Under the pieces are notes generated by a model. It saw nothing but the letters and a program-made list of their open reading frames with translations, was not told the origin of the DNA and searched no databases. The translations under genes were made by a program, and so were the position numbers. Shown here in pieces: positions 54,081-64,000 of a DNA stretch of 64,000 nucleotides. Source of the DNA: Callorhinchus milii. Its lineage: Eukaryota. The stretch covers positions 119,042,001 to 119,106,000 of the forward strand of contig NW_024704742.1 in assembly GCF_018977255.1 (NCBI RefSeq), in the 5' to 3' direction. Position 1 is the first letter of the stretch; each line of letters begins with the position of its first letter.

Positions 54081-54177
54081 AGTCAGGCGCCCGGACCTCG
54101 ATCCCGCCGTCACCCAGAGCGGAGCGGGGCCTGGAGGCGGCGGCGGGGACACAACACAGGCCTCACAGCAGAGCGGA

Positions 54178-54845
54178 GCTCCCCACACAGCGCCCCCCAC
54201 TGGCCACAACTCCCCACACAGCGCCCCCCACTGGCCACAACTCCCCACACAGCGCCCCCACTGGCCACAACTCCCCCACAGCGCCCCCCACTGGCCACAA
54301 CTCCCCCCACAGCGCCCCCACTGGCCACAACTCCCCACACAGCGCCCCCACATGGCCACAACTCCCCACACAGCGCCCCCCACTGGCCACAACTCCCCAC
54401 ACAGCGCCCCCCACTGGCCACAACTCCCCACACAGCGCCCCCCACTGGCCACAACTCCCCACACAGCGCCCCCCACTGGCCACAACTCCCCACACAGCGC
54501 CCCCACTGGCCACAACTCCCCACACAGCGCCCCCCACTGGCCACAACTCCCCACACAGCGCCCCCCACTGGCCACAACTCCCCACACAGCGCCCCCACTG
54601 GCCACAACTCCCCACACAGCGCCCCCCACTGGCCACAACTCCCACACAGCGCCCCCACTGGCCACAACTCCCCACAGCGCCCCCCACTGGCCACAACTGC
54701 CCACACAGCGCTCCCCCCCCCCAACTCCCCACACAGCGTCCCCCCACTGGCCACAACTCCCCCCACAGTGCCCCCCCAACTCCCCCACAGTGCCCCCCCC
54801 CCCCACTGGCCACAACTCCCCACACTACGCCCTCCACTGGCCATA
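54178..54845. repeat. 30-31 bp minisatellite, about 20-22 units, (CTCCCCACACAGCGCCCCCCACTGGCCACAA)n
   Basis: Direct tandem units read by eye; they differ mainly in C-run length and decay at the right end. Confidence 0.97.
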
Positions 54846-54869
54846 GTGCCCCCCGTACAGGCAGAGGGT

Positions 54870-55715
54870 GTAAGAGGGCGGCTGAGACACGGTCCAAAAG
54901 CAGGATCTTGAGTTCCAAAGAGTGGGGCAGAGAGGCTGAAAGCCCGGCCACCGATGGTAGGGCGGGAGACATGGAGCAGCCCGGAGACTGCTGAGCGGAG
55001 GGAGCGGAGAGGTTGATAGGGGGTCAGCAGGTCAGAGATGTAGGAGGGGGCAAAGCCGCGGAGGGCCTTGAATGTGAGGACGAGGATTTTGAATTCTACC
55101 CTCTGAGGGACGGGGAGCCAGTGGAGCTGGCGAGGGTGGGGGTGATGGGGTCACGGCGCCCGGTGCGGGAGAGGACGCGAGCTGCAGAGTTCTGGGTGAT
55201 CTTGTGGAGGGAAGAGTTGGGGAGGCCGAGAAGGAGGGAGTTTCTGTCGTCGAGCCTTGAGGTGAGGAATGCGCGATTGAGGGCTTTGATGGCCTGAGGG
55301 GTGAGGCAGTGACAGAGTCGGACAGTGTAGCGGAGGTGGGAGAGAAAGGGCAATTGAGGGTTGAGCAAGACGCCCGGGTTCCTGAGTGACTTGGTGAGGA
55401 GGAGTGTGAATCCGTGGATGCTGATGCTGCCGGTGCCTGAGGTGCGGAGGCGCTGACAGGAGCCAATCAGGAGAGCCTCAGTCTCGCTGACATTCAGCTG
55501 TAGAAAGTTGGCTCTCATCCAGGACTTGATGTCAGACAGACTGTCTGTCAGGACGTCAGTCGTCCTGGAATCGAGGGTGGAGACAGAGAGAGAGTTGGGT
55601 GTCATCCGTGTCCAGGTGGAAGTTGACCGGATGATATCACCAAGTGGGAGCGCGTAGAGGTTGAAGAGGAGGGGACCGAGACAGAGCCCTGAGGAACACC
55701 ACACGAGACTGTGCG
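54870..55715 (-). mobile_element. L2-clade LINE fragment
   Basis: LGPLLFNLYALPLGDII, WMRANFLQLNVSETEALL, QNSAARVL on the minus strand. Confidence 0.9.
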
Positions 55716-57739
55716 GGGCCTGGAAGAGACAACTTAATTTAGGCAGTACTGTTCATGAGGGTACTATCTCAGAGCACTTGACAGTGTTCCCCCCTTCTCC
55801 CCCCTTTATAAAGATAATGCTTACATTTGGTGCTGCTCCTTTCTCATCAGGACGCGTCTTAATGCGCTTCACAGCATTTACTGTAAAGTGTGGAGATTGG
55901 GTATTTTGTTGGTGAAATGCAGTCGCCAATTTGCGCAGAGCAATGTCTCACAAACACCTACAAATTGAATGGCCTATTTTATTTGGGAGATTGTTGGCTC
56001 GGACACCGAGAGAAACTCCATTCTCTAATTGAACAGTGTTATGAGATCTTTAACATCTACCTGAACTGGCAGACAGGCTCGGTTTGACATCTCATCCAAA
56101 AGATGGCACTTTGAATAATGCAGTTTGAACAAAACTGTTCTGGTTTAACTTGCCAGTCCCCAAATAAAAAAAAACACTCTTTCTTTCAAAGCCCAAATTC
56201 ACCAAATACAGTAGCTAGCTAATCCCCTCTTGAATTTGCTGTCACAATCTCCCTCCTTCCATTCACTGGGTGTATTCCACATATTCGTTGCTCTCTGTGT
56301 AATTATAGTCTGACCCTGTTATAGTGCCCCGTGGGTTCAGATATAGTGTGGGAACACAGTGGACCTGCACATTTGCTCACTCAAGCGCTCTGGGATGCTA
56401 TCCCGCATGAAGGGTGCTATATAAATGCAAGTGGTTGTTGTTGTTGACTTCAGCTCTAACTGGGCTCCAAAGCACAAAGGTTTCAACAGAGCCCCCAGCA
56501 AAGGCCAAAATGCTCAAGGTAGTCGATACTGCGCACCAGCCGGCTTTCTGTACATGACCTGTAGGTGCAGAGGGGCTCAATGACATCAACAGCATCAGCG
56601 GTGACCCTGACAGCCCTAGAAGTGCTTGCGAGTGACCACACTATAACGTGCTATTTTAAAACACGGGGTCTCATTTTATGGATCCAAATGGCAAATTACA
56701 ATGGAGTCAGACTGTATATCAAACTGTCTGTTCATCTTCCTTCTCCTGAGCTTGAGTCAGCGTCCTTGAGATTGTGACTGAAAACTGTATTCCTAGGGTT
56801 CAGTTTATCTACAGGATCTATTCTGGGATTTCCCATTATAAAGATATAATGAAAAGTTTGCTATTTTTAGCACTTAGCACACGATCGACTCTGAAGAGTT
56901 CAGAAAATGATGTGGTTATTGCACAGGACCCTTACTGTAGGACTATCAGTGTCTCAGAGCTATCTCCAGAATCAGCCTGGAAAAATCCATCACAGTGCAT
57001 TCAGTGGGCAGTATAAAATAAAACATATTCAAATATTTTCTTTCCACCCACGAGCTAGAAGTGCTGTTCTTGGCCGAGTTATGGATATACCCTCCCCCCG
57101 CTCGGCAAAACCACCGATGACAAACATGTATAACCATCGTTAAGGAAAATTATGCCCCTTGTCCTTTAGCTCAGAGAGAAAATGAGTCAAAAAGGTACAG
57201 TTAGATTTGAGTGGATGCGCAAATTTCTTCGAGGAGACTGATGCCCAAATGGATTATTGTGACATCTCTGACTTAAGTTATATAAAATAAGATTGATAGC
57301 TGTGATTGGGAATGTACAAGGATATTTCACTGCTTTGATCAGCGATAATCCACCAGAGCACGAAGGAACTGCACAGAGCCAGGTACAAGATAAAACATAA
57401 CACATGTTGCACTCTGCAACAGTATCTTGTCTCAGGATCTGCAAGAGACTTGTTTGCACAAAGTGAGATGCAATTTGTCCCATCCCCCAATTCCCCAAGT
57501 TTTCTTTCTCGTTCCCAGAAACAGTGAAAATAGAATCTCTAAGAACAGTGAACAGAAGACCAGACTGATTCAAACTATAGCATATTCTGAATGAGGTTCC
57601 AGTGCTGTGATATGAGGCTGTACTCAAGTAAAGTATTTTTTAAAAAATTCACTTTTAAATGTTTTCAACATGCAGTATGCTAAGTAAGACCTGCCATACG
57701 TATGCAGAAACGTGCAGTGTCAGCAGGTCTGAGGTGACA

Positions 57740-58805
57740 TCAACAACAACAAGATTACATTTGTATAGCGCCTTTTACATCAGGAGGACGTCCCAAGGCG
57801 CTGGACAGTGTACAGCATTTCAGACCCGAGCTGGGGTCGGGGGGGGTGGGGGTGGGGTGTGGGTAAGGGAGGGGAAGGGGGGGGGTGGCCGGTGGCATGG
57901 TCGAAGAGGAGGGTTTTGAGGCGGAACGTGAAGGAGGCTAAGGAGGGGACAAGGCGTAGTGGTTGGGGGATGGAGTTCCAGAAGTTGGGGGCAGAGTGGC
58001 TGAAGGCTCTCCTGCCAATGGTGGGGCGGGTGGGTCAGGGGACGTGGAGCAGACCAGAGCCGGCTGAGCAGAGGTAACGGGTGGGTTGGTAGGGGGTTAG
58101 GAAGTTGCAGAGGTAGGGTGGGTCGAGGCCATAGAGGGCTTTGTATGTGAAGACCAGGATCTTGAACTGGATCCTCTGAAGGATAGGGAACCAGTGGAGT
58201 CGGGCGAGAATGGGGGAGATGGGGTCACGGAGTTTGGTGCAGGAGAGGACACGGACTGCAGAGTTCTGGATTATCTGCAGTCTGTGGAGGGAGGAGTTGG
58301 GAAGGCCGACAAACAGGGCATTTGCGTAGTCGAGCCTGGAGGTGATGAAGGTATGAACAAGAGTTTCAGCGGCCTGAGGAGTGAGGTAGTGGCGGAGTCT
58401 GGAGATGTTATGGAGGTGAGGGAACGCAGAGTGGGTTATGGCTTGAATGTGGGGGAGAAAAGACAGTTGAGGGTCGAACAAGACACCTGGGTTCCTGACT
58501 AGGTTGGTGAGCTGTAGTGTGCAACCATGGAGGTTGATGTTACCAGAGCCTGAGATGCTGAGGTGCTGTCGTGAGCCAATCAGGAGGGCCTCAGTCTTGT
58601 TCACATTCAACTGTGGGACATTTGCCCTCATCCAGGACTTGATGTCCGACAGGCAGTCTGTCGGGACAGCAGTGTTCCTGGAGTTGAGGGTGGAGGCAGA
58701 AAGATAGAGTTGGGTGTCATCCGCATACATATGGAAGTTGACCCCATGTCTGTGAATGATGTCACCAAGATGGAGCATATAGATGTTAAAGAGGAGAGGG
58801 CCAAG
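57740..58805 (-). mobile_element. L2-clade LINE 3' fragment
   Basis: YADDTQLY...SRLDYANAL...LHWFP ORF (58035-58865) and 3' tail near 57740. Confidence 0.93.
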
Positions 58806-59754
58806 CTGTACACCATCACACTGTCCAGTTACTATTTGTGGAGCAAAGTGCCAGCCAAGAGTCACAGCAAGCCTGTCTGTCCGGGTATAAAGATAGGTCT
58901 GAGTAACTATGCTGTCTGCCTGAAGACTATTTCCAAAAAAACTAAATATTTGTGGAATATATTGAGGGTAACTGATAAAAAGGTAGTCTTCCTACAGGCT
59001 ACAGTTCATGTAAATGACGAGATGTGTGTTACCACTGGGACTGGAATAATCCAGCATATTTCTGCTGGTGGTAAATGTCAGTCAGTGCTGCTTCTACTGG
59101 AGATAAGCCAGTTTCCACCTGGGTTAAGAGTAAAAAAGGACTATTAGCAGTTTCCAGTTTTCCCAACTCTTGGCGTTAGCAGATGGAAGCTAAATCCAGG
59201 ACTCAGGAAGGAAGTTGGCTGGTCAATTGGTGGTGTTGGTGGTGAGGGGAGGGAATGTTTGAGAACAAGTCGCATTCTGGGCCTACACTTCAGTGCAGTT
59301 CTCAATCATTGTCGGAGATGCTGTCTTTAGGTTTAAACAGTAAACGGGCCCCATCTGCTAGTTTTCAGGAGGATGTTAAAAATCCTGTGATACTTTTGGA
59401 AAAGAAGAGAGTTCCTCCCTGGCTAACAATTTTTTAAATAATCCTCCAGGTTAATTGTGCACTTAATGGCTGACTGGTTATGAATGCCCGACCAGGACAC
59501 TGCTCTCTTAGATTACTCATCCCAGTCCTGCTGGACTTGCCTTCAAAATAAACAGCCAACTATACTTTGCAGTAAGTTCTGTGAAGCGAACTGTATCAAA
59601 AGCAAGAATTATTATTATCAAGACCTAGGTATCGTCTTATGTCTCCTCATCTGTTCCCTGTCTGTGGGGTATATTGATCACTCGTCTGCTTTCACGGTTC
59701 ACTTTATTACATAATCTGTACTGATGTACTGATGAACTAACAGTCCATCGGCAG

Positions 59755-61172
59755 ATCTGGTTTCACCACACCAAGATCTACCGCTGCGCTCTTGCCTCCG
59801 CCAAATCCTCCTTCTGCTCCAAGGTTATCTTGGAGGCAAAGGACAACCCCCAGCTCCTCTTTTCCACCACAAATCGTCTCCTCCATCCACCTTGCCACGC
59901 CTCGCCCATCCTCTCCTCAAACTCCAACTGTGAGGAGATGCTGGATTTCCTCGAAACCAAAATCGAAGGGATACGTTCAGCCACCTCTGCCCTGTCCACA
60001 GCCACCCCCACATCACCTCTCCCTCATGACCCACCCCCCCACCCATCCCCCCTATACTCCTTCAACCCTATCTCTCCCTCCTCCCTCTCCGCGATTGTTC
60101 GCAAACTCAAACCCATCACCTGCTCCATCAATCCCATCCCCACCTCTCTCCTCATCTCTCCAACTCCACCTTCTGGGCCCCTCCTGTTCGATGTCGTCAA
60201 CCTCTCCTTGTCAACCGGTTCAGTTCCAACCCCCCTAAAAACAACCATCATCACCCCCATCCTGAAAAAACCTTCCCTGGACTCATCCCTCCTCTCCAGC
60301 TACCGCCCCACCTCTAACCTCCCATTCCTCTCCAAGGTCCCAGTTCCGCTCCTTTCTCTCCCGCCATTCCCTCTTTGAACCCCTCCAATCCAGCTTTCGC
60401 GCTGCACAGCACGGAAACAGCCCTGGTCAAAGTCACTAATGACATTCTGAAAATCTGTGATTAGAACTCCCTCTGCCTCCTTGTCCTCCTCGACCTCTCT
60501 GCCGCCTTTGACACTGTCGACCACTCCATCCTCATACACCGCCTCTCCCCCTTACTTAATCTTCGCAGACCTGCCCTTGCCTGGTTTGATTCCTATCTCT
60601 CTCACTGTCTCCACTTTGTTACCTCTAACGGTTTCTCCTCCAGCCCCTGCACTGTCATGTCTGGTGTCCCATAGGGCGCTGTCCTTGGCCCTCACCTCTT
60701 TAGTATCTACATGCTCCCTCTTGGTGACATCATCCGCAGACATCGGGTCAACTTCCACATGTATGCATATGACACCCAACTCTATCTTTCGACCCTCAAC
60801 TGTCTTCTTCCCCACATCAAGCCATGACCCGTTCTACCTTCCCTCACCTCCATAACATCGCCCGACTCCGCCACTACCTCACCCCTCAGGCTGCTGAAAC
60901 TCTTGTTCATGCCTTCATCACTTCTAGGCTCTGCCCCCAACCTCTGGAATTCCATCCCCCAGTCACTCCACCTCACCCCCTCCTCAGCCTCCTTCAAGTC
61001 CCGCCTCAAGACCCTCCTCTTCGACCATGCCATCGGCCACCCCCCTTCCCTTCCCTTACCCCCCAACCCCAGCTCAGGTTTGAAATACTGTACTCTGTCA
61101 GCGCCTTGGGATGTCCTCCCGACATGAAAGGCGCTATACAAATGTAATCTTGTTGTTGTTATTGTTGTTGTT
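59755..61172 (+). mobile_element. L2-clade LINE, internally deleted
   Basis: [20 protein letters not shown] remnants; canonical tail and (TTG)n. Confidence 0.9.
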
Positions 61173-61799
61173 ACAGGGATGGATGGGGAAAAAACTAACT
61201 GGCTGACTTGTTCTTTATTGTTTTTTGGGTGGAGTTTTGGTGACTTTGACTTCAGCTGACACTCAATCCACTGACTCCCTGTGATCTTTAGCTAATGTTT
61301 TAATGGTAGTCATCACGAGTCTCCCCTTCTCTGCCTCCTCCCTCCACTCTCCTCTGCACGTTTTCTTCCCTTCTCTTACTTCTCACTTTCTTTTTGTTCC
61401 TTCTCCTTTCTTCTCTCTCTCCACCCACTCTTCCACTTCTCACCTCCTCCTTTCCCTCCACCTTTCCATTCCTCCCTCCCTCCCTCCCTGCCTTTGCCTT
61501 GTTCAAAGCTTGGGCCTCCTACTGGTTGTGAAGTTGACCATCAGCTTGCCTGTGACCCTTGTTTAACATAATGACCAGGTCCTTAGCCTGGCTTGACCTT
61601 TCTGCCAGCTACTGTCGTCCTTCTTTTATCTTACATGACTGCAAACAGCGCAGGAATGTTTCCTATCAGCTTTGCTTAACACCTGACTTCCTGCCAAAAA
61701 CACCACAAAAGGAAAAAAATGCATCACAATATATAAAAAAACAGAGCAATTCAGAGGTACTAAAACTTTATCAGCCGTTTGCTCCCTCCACTGGCAGGC

Positions 61800-62046
61800 A
61801 CTGGCCTGCTCTATGTCCCCTTTCTGCCCCCACTCTCTGGAACTCCATCCTTGAGCCCTTACACCTTGTCCCCTCCCTTGCCTTCTTCAAAGCTCGTCTC
61901 AAAACCTTCCTCTTTGACTGTGCCTTTGATCATCCTCCCACCTCCACTGCCCTAGCCCTCCACCCCTCTTGACTTCATCCAGCCCCTCAGGATGTCCTCT
62001 TGATGTTTGAAAGGTGCTATATAAATGCAATTTGTTGTTGTTGTTG
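61800..62046 (+). mobile_element. L2 3' fragment
   Basis: CTCTGGAACTCCATCC...CTCAAAACCTTCCTCTTTGAC and tail with (TTG)n. Confidence 0.75.
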
Positions 62047-62064
62047 TAAGAAAGATGGAAATTA

Positions 62065-63385
62065 AAGAAGAAAATACAATGTAATACAGAAACTTAGTGC
62101 AGAAGTTTGCAGGCAGTTATGATGGAGTGGTGAATGAGTGGGCAGAAGTATGACAAATGCGATATAATGTAGCCAAATGTGAGGGGTTGGAAATATAAAC
62201 ATTAAATGTTGATGGGAATCTTAGATAGGGTGGACAGAGATAGATTATTTCTGGGAGTCAGGGGGTCTGGAAATACAGGGCACAGTTCCAGAATCAGAAC
62301 TGGGAAGACCAGAATGGAGATAAGGAAAACCTTTTCACACAGAGAGTGATGGGAGTGTGGAATTCTCTATCCACAGTCAGTTTTTGGGGTGCGACCATGT
62401 GCACTTCCAAAAGAAAACTAGACACGTGGTTAAGAGAAGGAATAAACGAAGGATATGGGAAAAAGCCAGAATGTGGGACTGGGGATAGGATCTAGGATTA
62501 GCACTCGATAAACACCAGCCTGACAGGATGGGCCCAAAGGCCTGTTTCTGAGCTGTATCATTTATGAACATAAGAATCTAAAAGTTCTTGAGGGAATAGA
62601 TGAACAAAAGGAACTTCAGTGTGCTAGTAAACAAATCACTAAAAACTAGCACATGGAGAGATATAGAGAGCCATCGGCAAGGAAATGGAATGCTGGGAGT
62701 CCTTGCTAAAGGAATAATTTATATTAATCCCTGCATTTGATATAGCGCCTTATCATGTCATTGAGATGTTTCAAGCGTTTCACAGGATATACTATAAAGT
62801 GGATTGACTGTCGAACTGTGGCAGCTAGTTTGTGCACAGCAGTGTCCCACAAACAGCCATAGAGTAAGTGACCAATTTTATTTTTGGGGATTGTTGGCCA
62901 GGAGAAACTCTCTTCTTTTTCTGAATAGTACCACGGGATCTTTAACATCCACCTGAGCAGGCAATTTACAAGCAAAGAGGGATTGTTGAGGTTTTACAAG
63001 GCACTGATGAGACTGCACTAGTTCAATTTAGGGCACCTCAGTACAGAAAGGATATATTGTCTTTGGAGAGATGCAGCATAGGTTCTTTGGACTGATACCA
63101 CAGAACCAGGGAAGTGGGAGAGGCTATTTGATCAAAGTGTTTAGAATTACGAAGGGAGCAATGAGTATTTCTTCCCAAAATTGGGTCCATCAGTTACTAG
63201 AAAACATAACCTCAAAATTGGGGCAAAACAGGTTAGAAACAAGATGCAGAACATTTTTCTGCTCATTGAGTAATGAGAATCTGGAACATACTGCCCCAGA
63301 AAGCCATAGATGAGAAACAGTTGAGGGAATTAAGAGCGAGATGGATAGATACTTAGAGGTTAAAATATTAAGGAAGTATGGCATT
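62065..63385 (+). mobile_element. Cluster of degenerate CR1 fragments, interrupted by a Deu-SINE
   Basis: TTTTCACACAGAGAGTGATGGGAGTGTGGAATTCTCT and other CR1 ORF2 3' remnants. Confidence 0.65.
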
Positions 63386-64000
63386 AACAGTAGACGTTCG
63401 TGTGCTCCAGACAGATCTGTTGATGGACCATGAGGCCAGATTTGAGCCACATGCATTCAGCAGCAAGTGGCTTGTATTTTAGAGATTGGAGGTGGCTGTT
63501 GTACCAAGGAGACTTGCAAGGGTAAGAGATGGTTTGCGATGTGTTAGAAGCGAGAGTGTGGAGCAAGGCAGCAAAAGAACGATGCAGAAGGTCCTACAGA
63601 AGAGGTAAGGTCAAGGCATGTAATATATATATAACGAACACACTCTGACATGGAAACACAGGTATTAAAAGAAAACTCTATCCTCCAAAACAACGCATAA
63701 TAAATGCACAGAGCCATTCTCTGATGCCTGAGGGATGGGGCTTGTTTTCAAACCATTCTTCATTGCTATGCTATAGTAAAGAGCGTTCATGCTGACAAAG
63801 CAGCTGATTCTTTTCCACAGCTTGTATTTTCACAGCTCTGGCAACACAACAGTGCAAATGCAACTCTTAAAAATGATAAATTACTGTTAATATTTTGAAA
63901 GTTGCAAGAGTTCAGCATTTATATCCAACATGCTGTTGTACACAGGTGAGAGAACTGGCTGTGGCAGGCAAACTGGCTTGATGCTAGCTGAACATAGCCG

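Noticed and set aside
54178..54845. CRISPR-like repeat array
   Set aside because: Units are contiguous with no unique spacers, there are no cas genes, and the context is a vertebrate genome.
57187..57627. 146-aa minus-strand ORF in unique-looking DNA
   Set aside because: No recognisable motif, splice sites or codon pattern; likely a chance ORF.

Overview
Vertebrate genomic DNA, most likely a cartilaginous fish and probably a chimaera (inferred from the Deu-domain tRNA-SINE, L2, CR1 and Penelope repeat content). Three spliced genes lie in tandem on the minus strand. (1) SLC30A5/ZnT5 is complete: 16 coding exons, 53950->23606, 768 aa. (2) Cyclin B1 (CCNB1) is complete: 9 coding exons, 18102->8316, 396 aa. 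(3) A second, diverged cyclin B1 paralogue starts at 5225 and runs off the left edge; it has its own CDE/CHR/CCAAT promoter and a single 1-nt frameshift. The rest is intron or intergenic DNA rich in L2 and CR1 LINE fragments, tRNA-Ala-like Deu-SINEs and short Penelope-like termini. Best leads: the tandem cyclin B1 duplicate; a ~20-unit minisatellite of CTCF-like motifs directly upstream of SLC30A5; a stop-free, in-frame U12-type intron in SLC30A5; TSD-flanked retro-inserts that begin with a minimal hammerhead-ribozyme motif; and a triloop hairpin + PBE + CPE-like cassette in the CCNB1 3'UTR. Exon coordinates were read by hand. Repeat boundaries are approximate.
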